Assembly: GCA_963847705.1 (NCBI GenBank)
Contig: CAWKBC010000021.1
Span: 192,001 to 256,000 of the forward strand
Reading direction: 5' to 3'
DNA length: 64,000 bases
Source: an uncultured Pseudomonadota bacterium
GTDB taxonomy: Bacteria; Myxococcota_A; Polyangia; Fen-1088
Shown here: positions 38,078 through 49,437 of the stretch, piece after piece
Layout of the letters: each line of letters begins with the position of its first letter
How positions within the stretch are numbered: the stretch's first letter is position 1
Program-made: the position numbers and the translations under genes
Notes under the pieces: generated by a model
Databases searched by the model: none
Seen by the model: only the letters and a program-made list of their open reading frames with translations
Told to the model about the DNA's origin: nothing

Positions 38078-40144
38078 CGCACGCACCGCGCGTAGCTGTA
38101 CTGCTGGCCGAACTCGTCCTGCGGGATCGCGCGCCCGTCCTGGAAGAGCACGACCCAGAAGCTCCCGGCGGCGCTGGCGGTGGTGGTCGACGTCCAGAAG
38201 GTGAGGGCGGGCGTGTTCGGAAAGACCGTCTGATCGATGGCCGGGTTCGCGTGTCCGTAGTCGACGATCGAGAGCAGCTCGATCGCCGACGGGAGCCGCC
38301 AGTTGTCGAAGCCGGCCAGCCGCAGGCCCTGGCAGTAGAGGAGCCCGTCGGCCCACCTCCAGTAGGGCGGTGGGCGAGGTGATGGGGAGCGTCTTTTGCC
38401 ACATGAGACCGGTGACGCCGTCGGTGATGGTGCCGTCGCCGTTGTCCGTGTAGTGGGTCGGATTCGGCGCGCCTTGCGCGACGTCGGCGGCGTCATTGGG
38501 CATCGGCCACGCCGCCCATTTGGGGTCGAAGCAGATCGGTCCTTCGAGCCGCTGGCAGGCGAGGCCGGTGCCACACGGCATCGAGGCCTGCCAGCTGCGG
38601 CAGGTGGCGGTCTGATCGGCGCAGGTCGCGATCGTCGAATTCGCGGCGCATTCCGTGGCGCCGAGGGTAGCGCAGACGTTGTTGCAGGCTGCATCGACGC
38701 CGCCGTCCGAGGCACCTGCATCCTTCGGGGGCTGTGTGCCGCCCCCGCCGGCCGGCAGCGTCAGCACGTAGATCTTGGAATCGGTCAGGAAGGCGAAGCC
38801 GGTCGGGGCGCACTGGACGAGCGCGGTCGCGCTCTCGATGTAAGGGTCCAACAGCGGCGCCAGCGAGATGCTCCGGCGCAGGGTGTACGTCGTCCGGTCG
38901 AAGTCGAGCAGGGCCGGCTGGCTCGGATCGGCGGTGCGCAAGAACCAGACGTCCGTGCCGTTGGGATCGAGGACGGGGGCGGGGCCCGGGTACTTTGCCA
39001 GGATGCTGTCGCTGTAGGTGCCGACCTGGATCAGATTCGTTTCGTCCACCGTCTGGCCGTCGTTGGCGAAGATCAATCCGCCGCCGCTGACTATCTGGGT
39101 CTTCTGGCCGTCGGTGATGAGCCCGCTCGCCTTCGCCGACGTTGCCGTGATCGATTCCATTCCCGGGATGGTGTTGGTGTTGACGGCGAACTCGATGAGC
39201 TGGGAGGCGGACTGGAAGTTGCTGCACCCGACCAGGACCGAGGGGGTGGCGAAGGCGATGGTGTCGCCGCTGCCGTAAAAGCTGCTCAACGACGCGAGCA
39301 GCTTGGTGCCGTCGTAGAGCGCCAGGCCCGCGTAGTCGGGCGTGAACCCCGGCTGGCGGAGCGACACCATGTACTGCGTGGAGGATCCCGGCCTGGCGAC
39401 GATCTGACCGGCGGTGAGCTTCGTCGAGGTGTTGGTCCCCATGGAGACGGCGGGCCCGGGCGTCATCGTCGTGAGGTCGATGCGCCGAACGGTGTTGCCT
39501 CCGTCGATCCCGGGAAACAGCTCGGGGGTATCGGGCGTGTTGATCCCGACATAGAGGGCGCTGTCGTCGTCGGAGATGGCGAGGAGACCCGGGATGCCCC
39601 CGACGGGCAACGTCCCGGTGACCTTCGCCGAGGGAGGGTCGATCGAGAGGACGACCCCCGCGTCGGGGTTGAGGTTCGTCGTGGCGTAGAGCACGCCCCG
39701 GGTCGAATCGAACGCCAGGTCGTTCGCAACGATCGGGAGCGCCTGGACCGACCCGCCGCCGTCGAGCTGCAGCACGCCTCCGTCGACGCCCTGGCCGCCG
39801 CTCCCGGTCGCTCCCGGCGCCCCGTTCGTGCCGGCGGAGCCGTTCCCTGCCACGCCTTGGTTCCCGGCGGCGCCGGTGTTCCCGGCGGCGCCCTGCGTTC
39901 CCGCGGCACCGCCGCCGCCGTGCGTGCCGGCCGCACCGGCGGCGCCGTTGGCGCCCGCGATACCAGCTCCGCCCGCGCCACCGCCGCCGCTCTTCCCGGC
40001 TGCGCCGCCCATCCCGGCGGCGCCGGCTTGCCCGGCCGAACCGCCCGTCGCCATGGAGCCGCCCGTTCCGGCGCCGCCTCCGCCGGACCCGCACCCCATC
40101 AACGCCAGGACCGACACCGAGACGACGAGGCCGAGGCGACGCAT
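38074..40144 (-). CDS. Lipoprotein: beta-propeller + Cys linker + DUF1566; 1-nt insertion near 38372-38374
   Basis: LMGC lipobox; DNGDGTITDGVTGLMWQ continues in another frame as YWRWADG..WRLPSAIEL..FWTST..YARCVR. Confidence 0.8.
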
Positions 40145-40226
40145 GAGCTCTCCGTTTGGCAGCCACACCGCGCTCCAGACGAATGCGCGGTCACCTGCCA
40201 TTGTAGACCAATTCACCCGGGGCCGA

Positions 40227-42753
40227 TCAGGGCGGCGTGCCGATCACGGGCGAGCGGAGGATCCACAGCTTGTCGGTGCCGCCGGACGTCGTACCGAGGA
40301 ACGCCACGCCGTCGTCGCCGAGATAGATGAGGTCGGAGAAGCCGCTGATGGTCCCTCCGTCGATGCCGCTGTCGAAGGGGAGCGAGGCGACCGGGGTGAA
40401 GTTGTTGCTGTCCAGGATCAAGAGCTGCAGAAAATCCTGGATGGGGCCGCTCGTCAGCATCAGCGTGCGGGTGGCGGACAACGGCGCGACGAGGCCGCTG
40501 AAGTCGAACTTTCCGGCGCGCACCGGGTTGGTGGGATCGGAGACGTCGAGCACCTCGCCCGTGTCGGCGTAGACGCGCCCCTGGTAGTAGTGAATGACGT
40601 CGTAGAAGTTGCCCATCAACCCCTCCTGCGAGCCCAGGAGGGTGACGCCGGATGGGGAGATGGCGTACGAGGCGAACGTGAACCCCGAGTCGATGGTGTC
40701 GAGTCCGAACAGGGTCCCGGATGGTCCCGGCGCCAGCGCGCTGGTCGACAGCCTGCCGTTCGCGACGGTCGGACGCGCGACGCCGTCGTCCAGGACGGAC
40801 ACCTGTCCACCGATCGCGATGGCGATCGAGGTGGCGCTTCCCGGCAGCGGCGCCAGGTCGGCGAAGCCGCCCAGCGACGCGCCAGAAGGGAGCGTGTCTA
40901 CAGCGACGGAGACGGGCGGCGTGTTCGAGACGTCGAACTTGCTGATCGTGCTCGACGAGTCGAACCCGAGCCAGAGCGTGGTGCCGTCGTTGGAGAGCGC
41001 CATCTGGCGGGGCGACGAAGGGATCGGCACCTTGGCCAGCACCGTCTCGCTCGGTACGTCGATCGAGAACAGCGAGTTCTTGTCGTGGGCGGCGCTGTAG
41101 GTGAGCACCGAGTAGAGCCGCGCGCGCGACTGGTCGTAGCGCATGTGAAACCCGGGGACGTCGAGCGTGTGCAGGGTGCAGCCGCCACAGACCCCACCGT
41201 ACCCGCCGGTCCCCGTCGAGCCCGACGATCCACCTTGGCCCGTGACGCCGCCGGTGCCGGCCGCGCTCCCCCCCTGGCCGCCGGCGCCGGTGGAGGGATC
41301 AACGCCGTCGTTGGCCAGCATCGGGGCGTGCAGGAGCACCAGGCGTGCCGGCGTGATCGACCCTTGGGCCAGCAACGCGACCTCGTCGCCGCCCAGGTAG
41401 GCGACGTCGGTGAGGTAGTCGGACGTGCCAACCAGGCTGGTGGGGACGTTGACCGCCGTCCCCTGCTGCGCGAGCGTATCGGTGTTGATCAAGCGGATCA
41501 CCCACGACGAGCTCGTCTGCGAGAGCATGCAGATACGGTTCGGGCTCGTGTGGTCGAAGAGCGTGCCCGAGACGGACAGCGTGCCGACGGGCGTGGGGGT
41601 CGACGGGGCGCTCACGTCGTACGCCGTCCCCGAGACGTAGAGGCGGTTCGCCTTGTACAGCGTCCCGGCGCCCTGGCCGCTGAGGAGGCTTGGGAAGGTC
41701 GCTTGCGCGATCCCGGTCGACAGCACGCGCATCCAGAACAGCGTGGCCGAGATCCCCGTCGACCCGAGCCCGTAGAACTGTCCCGGCGGTCCGTTGAAGA
41801 TGAAGGTGGGGTACGACGTCACCTTGTTCGGGTTCGCGCGCGGAACCCCGTCGTCGTACACGGCCAGGGTGTTCGGACCGCCGCTGGCCAGCGCGGCCAC
41901 CGTGTCGGGCGAGTCCGACATCGGCAGCATCGCCTGCACGTACACGCTGGCGGTATAGACGCCGTTGGAGGTCGCGCCAACCAGCCGATCCAGCGGGCCC
42001 ACGACCGGCGTCGCTCCGGTCAGCGTCACCTTGCGCATCGAGAAGGATCCGTCCATCCCCACCCACAACGTCGAGGCGTCGTTCGACAGCGCCAGCGCGT
42101 TCGGGTCCGAGCCGATGGGGATCGCGGCCGTGACCGCCGGCGCCCGGGGATCGATGGCGGTGACCGTGTTGGGATAGAGCGGCGCGCCACCCTGTATGGT
42201 CACGTAGAGGCGATCGCGCGAGCTGTCGTAGACCATGTGGCTCGGCTGCAGGGTGAGCGTGGTGCCGCAGACGCCCACGCAGGGCCGCGCCCCGCCGCCA
42301 CCCGCCGCGCCGCCGACGCCACCACCGACTCCGCCCAGGCCACCGACTCCGCCGAGACCGCCCGTCCCGCCGGCGCCACCGGCCGCGCCGTGCCCGCCGG
42401 AATCCGGCGCTGCCACCGCCGGCACCCGCTCCGGCGCCTCCGCCCGTTCCACCGGTCGCGCCGCCGCCGGCCACGCCGCCCGCTCCGGCGGCGCCTCCTC
42501 CCGCGCCCGCCACGCCGCTGCCGGCCGCGCCGCCCTGACCTCCCGGGCCCGCGCTCGAGCCGCCGGCTCCCCCGTGCGAGCCCCCGGCTGCTCCGCCCTT
42601 GCCGCTGGCGCCGGCCGTGGCCATTCCGGCCTGTCCGCCGTTCGCCGCGCTGCCGCCCGTCCCGGTGGTGCCGCTCGGGCCCGAGCCGCAGGCGGCCCAC
42701 AACGCCAGCGAGCAGCCGACGAGCTGCCAGTGTGCCCCCGCGCGCGCCCTCAA
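40227..42753 (-). CDS. Lipoprotein with two YncE-like beta-propeller domains; 1-nt insertion near 42401
   Basis: TTGA overlap start, WAAC lipobox and Gly linker in one frame, then repeated HMxYD.SR.RLY / ALSND..TLW.G.D domains. Confidence 0.75.
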
Positions 42754-44441
42754 GGCGTCCCCGGCGTGAGCGCGTAGGCGGCGAGCGTGCCGTTCGCCTG
42801 CGCGACGTACACCTTCCCGCCGGCGATCGAGAGCCATCCGCCCGGCGTCGTGCTCCAGACCATCTGCTGGGCCGCGGTGTCGAAGGCGTAGACGTTGTTC
42901 GAGCTGGCGGCGTAGACGAACCTCCCCGCCACCACCGGCGGGAACGTCAGCCCGCTGTCGGCCGCGAAGGTCCAGAGGATGCTTCCGGTGGCGGCGTCGT
43001 TGGCGCGCAGCTGCCCGCCCGAGATCGCGTAGACGACGCCGTTGGCGACCGCCGGCATGCCGGCGTAGGCGCCGCCGGCCGTCCACTCGGGCGTGGTCTT
43101 GCCTGGCAGATAGGCCACCAGTGAAGGCGGCGCTACCAGATAGATCTTCTGGCCGTCCGAGACGGGCGCGGCGTTCATGCTGTAGGGCGTCCCCTTGTAC
43201 GGGACCTGGACCGACACCGTCTGCAGGACGGCGTTGGTCAACAGATCATTCGTCATCAGGTACCCGTCGACGTAGGTGTAGATCTGGCCGCCGAGGAACG
43301 TCGGGCTCCAGGAGTCCCATTGCGCGAACCCGCCGTTGAAGAAGATCTGCGTGCCGTCGGAAGCGCGCAGCCCGTAGAAGCCGCCGTAGCTCCCGCCGTC
43401 GAAGTAGAGGTACCCGGCCGGCGTCACCAGGGGTGCCCAGAGGTGATCCCACTGCGCGTTGATTGGCAGTGACCACAGCGGCTTCCCCGTCGAGGCCACG
43501 AAGCTGTACATGTACGTGCCGGGCGTGTTGTTGACCTGGGCAACGTAGACGTTCCCGCGATCCACGGTCGGCTGGCCCAGATCGGAGACGTTGCCGAAGT
43601 TGTACTGCCACAGCGTGTGGCCGTTCGAAGGATCGAGCGCCCACATCCGGGTCATCGCATCGAAGTAGCCGTTCTCGGCGACGTAGACGCGCGTGCCGTC
43701 GGAGACGACCGGCCAGAGGCCGCCGCTGGACGCCAGCGACGCGTTGACCGCCAGCGGCGCCGTCCAGGCGGGCGACAGCGGCGGCGTTCCCGTCTCATTG
43801 GCGTTGAACCCCGAGTGGTGAACGTCGCCGCCCAGCGTCGGCCAGCGGCTGGTCGGTCCGCGGCAAATCCCCTGGGTGCAGACCTCGTCGGTGTCGCAGA
43901 CGCTGTCGCAGCCGGGGACCGCCGCCGCGCCGCCCGCACCACCAGCGCCTGCGCCGCCCGTCGTCCCGGCGGCGGCGCCCGCGCCTGCTCCCGCCCCGCC
44001 GGCGTTGCCCGCCGCGCCCGCCGCGCCTCCGGTCCCGCTGGCGCCCGCCGAGCTGCCGGCCGCGCCGGCGGCAGCCTGCGCGCCGGCCGCACCGCCCGTC
44101 GCCTGCGTTCCGGCCGCACCGCCCGTCGCCTGCGTTCCGGCCGCACCACCGCCGCCCGCTTCTCCGGCGCCGCCGGTCGTCCCGGCGCTGTCCGCGCTAC
44201 CGCCGCTCCCCAATCCGGCCGCGCCGCCCGCGGCACCGGCGATGCCACCCCCGGCGAAGCCGCCCCCGCCATCGGTGCCGGGCTTTCCCGCCTGGCCACC
44301 GCTCCCCACTGCGCCGCCGCCCGGATGACCGCCGCCACCGCCCGTTCCGCCCTCGCCGGGGCCCGACGCGCACCCGGCAATGACGGCAATGACGAAGAGC
44401 AACGCACCCAGAGACGCCCATCGGACCAACGACCCGTTCAT
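42750..44441 (-). CDS. PQQ/BamB-like beta-propeller lipoprotein
   Basis: IAGC lipobox, 27-bp GGAAGTQAT repeats, WPTLGGD..HSG, repeated A.D..G..LW motifs. Confidence 0.82.
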   Translation of the reverse strand: MNGSLVRWASLGALLFVIAVIAGCASGPGEGGTGGGGGHPGGGAVGSGGQAGKPGTDGGGGFAGGGIAGAAGGAAGLGSGGSADSAGTTGGAGEAGGGGAAGTQATGGAAGTQATGGAAGAQAAAGAAGSSAGASGTGGAAGAAGNAGGAGAGAGAAAGTTGGAGAGGAGGAAAVPGCDSVCDTDEVCTQGICRGPTSRWPTLGGDVHHSGFNANETGTPPLSPAWTAPLAVNASLASSGGLWPVVSDGTRVYVAENGYFDAMTRMWALDPSNGHTLWQYNFGNVSDLGQPTVDRGNVYVAQVNNTPGTYMYSFVASTGKPLWSLPINAQWDHLWAPLVTPAGYLYFDGGSYGGFYGLRASDGTQIFFNGGFAQWDSWSPTFLGGQIYTYVDGYLMTNDLLTNAVLQTVSVQVPYKGTPYSMNAAPVSDGQKIYLVAPPSLVAYLPGKTTPEWTAGGAYAGMPAVANGVVYAISGGQLRANDAATGSILWTFAADSGLTFPPVVAGRFVYAASSNNVYAFDTAAQQMVWSTTPGGWLSIAGGKVYVAQANGTLAAYALTPGTP

Positions 44442-44556
44442 TGTGTCCCAGCGTACCCGACTCGAGGTGCGAAGACGCGAGCGATCAGACCGCCGCCAAC
44501 GTTCGCAACCGTTACGGTTATATTACTCGCGCTGCGACACGCCGCGGGCTTCGTAT

Positions 44557-44790
44557 GCATCGACTGGTACGAAGCCTACGCGTCCTGCATCTGGGGCGGC
44601 GGCTTTCTTCCCAGCGAAGCCGAATACGAATACGCTTGGCGGGCGGCGGCCAGCGGCGCGAATACCCGTGGGGGTCCGGTGACCCCGGGGAAATCGAGCA
44701 CCTACGCCATTTCGGCTGTGACCACGGCGGAGATGGTGGCGTCTGCACCGGGCTGGTCAACCTGGCGTCCGTCGGCACGGCCGTGCGCAA
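44557..44790 (+). pseudogene. FGE-sulfatase (SUMF1-like) domain relic, frameshifted
   Basis: CIDWYEAYASCIWGGGFLPSEAEYEYA / REYPWG; no start or C-terminus. Confidence 0.65.
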
Positions 44791-44961
44791 GATGGCCTTT
44801 GACCGGTGTCAGGGGGAAGAAGGACTGGATGATCCTGCCGGAGAGAGCGATGAAGAATTCGTCAGAGAGCGGTCGAATATTGCGTCACATCGCGGACAAA
44901 CATGGCGTTAGGGCGCGGACGGACCTCTCATCGATCACCGTTGCATCGTGGGGTCGCCGGC

Positions 44962-46929
44962 CTACGGGCCCGCTCCCTCCTGACCGCCCTGTCCTTGCAT
45001 CAATGCCTCGGCTCTCCTCAGATCGTCGAGCGCAGCAGGATCGTTCGGCTGAAGACGAGCCGCCGTGCGGAATTCAACGAGAGCATCAGCCAGGCGACTT
45101 GTTTCCGCGAGCACGATCCCCAGGCCGGTGTGCGCACCGGCGAGGGTAGGCGCGAGATCGATGCAACGGCGGAAGGTGGCCTCGGCTTCGGCGAACTGTC
45201 CGGTAGCTGAGAGTGCGTTGGCCTGGTTGAAGAGGTACGTCGGCGAGCGCGGATCAATCGAGACGGCGGTCGCGAGTGCCTGGAGAGCGCGCGCGGGTTG
45301 ATTCATCTTCATCAGCACGATGCCGAGGTTTGAAAAGTCGTCCGAAGTGACCTCGGGCGTCTTCTCGGCTTGGGCGATCGCCCGCTCGGCGTCGGAAGGC
45401 TGGTTCAAAGCGGTATAGACCTCCGCAAGGCTGATATAGGCCTTGGTGCGAGCAGGATCCTTCTCGACACACGCCTTGTAGTCAGCCAGCGCTTCCGTCA
45501 AATCGCCCCGGGCCAGCGCGGTGTCACCGAGGTTGCTGTAGGCAAATCCTGCGGCGGGGTTGACGTGTATCGTGTGACGAAGAAAGTCGGGGCTCGTCAG
45601 CCAGTGGCGACTCTGATTGAACGACAGTACGACGAGTGCGATGGACAACGCTGCGGCTCCAACCGTGGCGACCCGCTGAGGCCGTATGTGGTCGAGCGTG
45701 TCGGCGACGATGAGGCCGACACCGATCAGCGCAAGATAGACGTATCGATCGGCGACCGTCGAATAGGCTTGGTACGAGAACGGCACGAGACCCAGCGTCG
45801 GCAGCAGGAAAGTCGCGAAGACGACGGCACCGAACCAAGTGATCGGATGCCGGCGACGGTTCAGGTAAGCAGCAACGAGCAAGCCGACCGGGACTATCCA
45901 GGCCAGATAGGCCCATGCGTGAGACATCGCCGAGGTCGGTGTTCGGCCGTAGTCGACACCAAGGTTGATCGGCCAAAGTATCTTAAAGACGTAGAACGCC
46001 AAGGCGTCACCGGCGATAAAGGGTCGCTGCCACAGGACAGAAAGCCCACCCACGGGAACGCGCTGGATCGAGCGGGTCAGGAGGACGAATGGAACGGCGA
46101 CCGCAGCCCAGAGCGCCGCTCCCCCGAGCGCCTCCCGCCATCGCGTCTGCAAGATGATGCGATCCGTCGCCAGCGCCACGAGGGGTAGAACTGCAGCGCT
46201 CGGCTTGCAGAGCACGGCGCAAATCACCAAGAGGGCGGAGACGGCCGTCAGCTTGCGGGAGTGGACGCTATTGCTCTCCTGTCGCGACAGAACAAATACG
46301 TTGAGCGCCGCCAAGCCGAAGGCGCTGCTGGTGAGACCGCGCAGCTCGGAGATCCAGGCGACGCTCTCCACCTGCAAAGGGTGCAGAGCGAACACCAGCG
46401 AACAGAGCAGCGCGGTGCGCGTGCGTCCCGTGAGGCGCCGCGCCAGCCGAAAGCACAACCACGCGTTACCCAGGTGCAGGACGACGCTGACCACGTGAAA
46501 GGCCGTGGGGTCCAGGCTGAGGGCCTGACCGAGCGAGCTGTCGACGTGCGACGGAACCCCCGCGAGCCTGGCGATTACGGCGAGGACTGTGTAAGCGAGC
46601 GGGATGTAGAGCTGCTGGTAGGAGTGCTGCCAGAATCGAGCGACGCTCTCCAGCGTCGGCGGGTTCAGAAACGGGTTGGCGTAGATCTGGTAGTCGTCGT
46701 CGAACAGTACGAAGCCAGCCGAGAAAAGCCGCTCGAAGGCCAACAACACGAGGGCGGACAGAGTCAACGTCGGCCACCGGAAGAACCACGGTGCTGGCCG
46801 GTCACTGTCGTCCGACGGCAGTGTCCCGCCGGTCTCTGCCGAAGGGATCGCGCGGGACGAGCGGGACTTTCCCCGTGGCCCCCGCGCCCCAGTACGTCCC
46901 CTGCTAACGCGCGTGGTTCGGTTCTTCAA
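44962..46929 (-). CDS. TMTC-like GT-C glycosyltransferase with C-terminal TPRs (start uncertain)
   Basis: FDDD luminal motif, FALHPLQVESVAWISE, ADRYVYL, multiple TMs, TPR repeats. Confidence 0.85.
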   Translation of the reverse strand: MKNRTTRVSRGRTGARGPRGKSRSSRAIPSAETGGTLPSDDSDRPAPWFFRWPTLTLSALVLLAFERLFSAGFVLFDDDYQIYANPFLNPPTLESVARFWQHSYQQLYIPLAYTVLAVIARLAGVPSHVDSSLGQALSLDPTAFHVVSVVLHLGNAWLCFRLARRLTGRTRTALLCSLVFALHPLQVESVAWISELRGLTSSAFGLAALNVFVLSRQESNSVHSRKLTAVSALLVICAVLCKPSAAVLPLVALATDRIILQTRWREALGGAALWAAVAVPFVLLTRSIQRVPVGGLSVLWQRPFIAGDALAFYVFKILWPINLGVDYGRTPTSAMSHAWAYLAWIVPVGLLVAAYLNRRRHPITWFGAVVFATFLLPTLGLVPFSYQAYSTVADRYVYLALIGVGLIVADTLDHIRPQRVATVGAAALSIALVVLSFNQSRHWLTSPDFLRHTIHVNPAAGFAYSNLGDTALARGDLTEALADYKACVEKDPARTKAYISLAEVYTALNQPSDAERAIAQAEKTPEVTSDDFSNLGIVLMKMNQPARALQALATAVSIDPRSPTYLFNQANALSATGQFAEAEATFRRCIDLAPTLAGAHTGLGIVLAETSRLADALVEFRTAARLQPNDPAALDDLRRAEALMQGQGGQEGAGP

Positions 46930-47114
46930 AAGGGCGCTGCTCCGATTGCGATCAGCGGGCGAGTCTCATCAAGGAGAACCCATTCGCGGTCCCGTCGCTC
47001 GCACTATACGTTGTATTGAGCCAATAGGTGCCCGCGCGCGCCATGGTCTTCCGGCGCCGTCGGACAAAGCGCTGGAACGATCCGACCGAGCCGGAGGACG
47101 ACTTCCGTAGAACC

Positions 47115-48095
47115 CTACTGCACCGACACGATCGGGCAGTTCACCAGTGGACCCGCCGCAACCATGGTGGCGGCCATGGCGGTCGTGAGGTTCGTAACCG
47201 AGCTGAAGGCGGCGTTGTCGTAGATGCTGACCGCCCACAATGGCGAGTAGCCAGTCTGGCCGGGAACGACCGACACCACATTGTGGGTCTGCATCGTGCC
47301 GGTCTCGGTCTCGAAGCCCGACGGGGGGCCGCCGTTCGGCTGGCTGGGATTGATGTTGAACGCCACGTAGATCGGCGCCGTCGGGACGGCTCCGTTCGTG
47401 ACCGTCAGCGTCGCCTCGAAGAAGTTGAAATAGTTGACGACCTGGTCGCGATACCAGCCCTGCGTGAGGCCAGTCGAGCCACCGCCGATACGGAGGCTGG
47501 CGGTGGAACCCGCCGGAACCACTGGACAGTTCACGAGCATGTTGGTCGGCGTGATGGTGTAACCCGCCGCTTGAATCTCGGTGAGGCTCGCGATGGTGTT
47601 GGCGACGTAACCGCTGGGGACAGTCACCATCATCACCTGCCAGAAGTCGTTGTAACCGGTGTCACCCGGGAGCACGTCGATCACGTTGAGCTGTCCAGCC
47701 ACCGGCGAAGTGGCGCCCGCGACGAAGAAGGCATAGATGGGCGCCGGCGTGGCCGGCTGGACGTCGAAGTTGTAGTACTTCACGATTTGGCCCGTCGGTC
47801 CGAGGCCTTGCGTGATGAACGGTCCCTGGTCGAAGTTGACCGCCGCGTTCGCTGCCGGGAGGCCGTTGCTGGAGCTCCGGACTTGCAGGTGGCCAGCCTG
47901 GGCTGAGAAGCGATCGACCGAGGCTACCGTGGCGGTAGCGGGATCGTGGACCGTCGCGGCACCGCCAGTGCCACCGGCTCCGGTCGGCCCACCGCTCGAG
48001 CTGCTGCAGGCGGAGAGGGCGATTACCCCACAGCCGGTGACGGCGCGGACCAGCGTGAACAGACGCAGACGACGCGGACGTGAGATGTGTGACAT
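47115..48095 (-). CDS. Lipoprotein with an internally duplicated domain
   Basis: LSAC lipobox; APIY.F...Q.NV..V.PG.TGY..W.V occurs twice. Confidence 0.75.
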   Translation of the reverse strand: MSHISRPRRLRLFTLVRAVTGCGVIALSACSSSSGGPTGAGGTGGAATVHDPATATVASVDRFSAQAGHLQVRSSSNGLPAANAAVNFDQGPFITQGLGPTGQIVKYYNFDVQPATPAPIYAFFVAGATSPVAGQLNVIDVLPGDTGYNDFWQVMMVTVPSGYVANTIASLTEIQAAGYTITPTNMLVNCPVVPAGSTASLRIGGGSTGLTQGWYRDQVVNYFNFFEATLTVTNGAVPTAPIYVAFNINPSQPNGGPPSGFETETGTMQTHNVVSVVPGQTGYSPLWAVSIYDNAAFSSVTNLTTAMAATMVAAGPLVNCPIVSVQ

Positions 48096-48338
48096 GGCTT
48101 GTCCTCCAAGGTGATTCGAGAGCTGCTGGGGCACCTACGCCGGCCGGTGGTTTCGGTTACGGGACATTCGCCTGGTCATGAGAGGCAGCCCACAGGACAA
48201 AACAGGGAGGGGCGGCGTTCCGCCCGGCGGGCAATGAGCTGGATGGCCGACGGTAACGACCCCCCGCCTTGCTGACGTCGTGTTGACGTCGTCATCGGGG
48301 GAGGAGGATTCGGTGGACTGGGAGCGGCGAACGTGGCC

Positions 48339-48551
48339 CTAGGGACAGCAGCCGCCGCGATGAGAGCTGAGCAGAAGGGGCCCCCGACCCACGACGTCGG
48401 CGAGGGACCTCTTACGCCCCTCCATGTCGCGCGCATGCAGATCAGGAACGTGCGTACCCACCTCCGTCGGGGAGCTGGCCCCCACCTTCCCGCCACGTGA
48501 CGAGTTCGAGCGGCTGCATCCCACGGCCGCAACTGCTACCGTGACCAGCAC
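48339..48551 (-). pseudogene. Degenerate AhpC/TSA redoxin paralogue
   Basis: VGTHVPDLHARDMEG...GPLLLSSHRGGCCP* mirrors GPAVVTFYRGGWCPFC of the adjacent gene. Confidence 0.6.
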
Positions 48552-48562
48552 GCCTCGCCACG

Positions 48563-49234
48563 TCAGCCGCGGAGGCGCCGGAGCGTGTCGAGGAGTGCGG
48601 CGGGTTCGAGCCGCTTGGTGTAGTCGGGATCAGCGAACGCGAGCCGTACGATACCCGCCGAATCAATGACGAAGGTGCCCGGGACGGGCAGCTCCCAGGA
48701 GTCGTCGCCATTGAACTTGGGAGGTTCGTTCCCGAACATCTTCTGGAGGGACTGCAAGCCATCGGAGAGCTTGAACACCAATCCGTACGCCCGCGCGACC
48801 CCGTTCCGTGCGTCGCTCAGAACGGAGAAGCGAAGGCCTTTCGTCTCGGCCGTCGAGAGCGAGTTGTCAGGCGTCTGGGGCGAGACTGCGATCAACTTCG
48901 CACCGAGCGCCTCAATCGCAGGCAGGATGGCCTGATACGCCCGCAACTGCAGGTTGCAAAAGGGACACCAGCCGCCACGGTAGAACGTGACCACGGCCGG
49001 TCCCTTTGCGAGGACCTCAGCGAGGTGGACTGTGCCTCCACGCGCCTCGGGTAGCGTGAAGTCGGGTGCGGGCGACCCGACCTTTGGGCTCTCTGCGCCG
49101 TAAGAAGAACGGGCCAGGCGCTCGAGCTCGGCGCCGGCGGCTCTCAGCACCTCTGGCGGAGCCTGGCCCGCGACCTCCCTTTGAAACAGGCCGATCGCAT
49201 CTTTCAAGCTCGTGGCGCTGATCTCAAAGGTCAT
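48563..49234 (-). CDS. Peroxiredoxin-like AhpC/TSA family protein
   Basis: APDFTLP, FYRGGWCPFCNLQL, LPVPGTFVID. Confidence 0.9.
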   Translation of the reverse strand: MTFEISATSLKDAIGLFQREVAGQAPPEVLRAAGAELERLARSSYGAESPKVGSPAPDFTLPEARGGTVHLAEVLAKGPAVVTFYRGGWCPFCNLQLRAYQAILPAIEALGAKLIAVSPQTPDNSLSTAETKGLRFSVLSDARNGVARAYGLVFKLSDGLQSLQKMFGNEPPKFNGDDSWELPVPGTFVIDSAGIVRLAFADPDYTKRLEPAALLDTLRRLRG

Positions 49235-49437
49235 GATGCGATCCTTGGTCCCTCGATGGACCGTTCGATGCGGTGGAGTGCTCTTTTCAGGAGGGAGGCT
49301 TGGGTACGTCAAGCCGGCGTCAGGTTGTCGCCCGTCGCGCAGGAGCCCGTGTTCGACGGAGCACCGGCGCGCTTTTGGGAAATCTCCCGACGACTCGCAC
49401 GGCCTGGTGGGCGCGCGCCGATGTTTATTTTGCGGGC

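Noticed and set aside
37598-40216. Single 872-aa protein from the ORF track
   Set aside because: It is an artefact of a 1-nt insertion. The DUF1566 motifs show two genes with an ATGA overlap at 38074-38077.
39828-43124. 1098-aa plus-strand ORF and similar long ORFs (12245-13816, 20168-22570, 29257-31275)
   Set aside because: These are shadow ORFs of high-GC genes, Arg/Pro/Ala-rich and without motifs, lying opposite well-supported CDSs.
37598-44790. Diversity-generating retroelement targeting the DUF1566/FGE domains
   Set aside because: No reverse transcriptase and no TR/VR pair differing at adenines is visible in the window.
48339-48341. Pyrrolysine or recoded TAG in the redoxin-like ORF
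   Set aside because: The surrounding motif is also degraded (SHRGGCCP*G versus FYRGGWCPFC), which fits a pseudogene.
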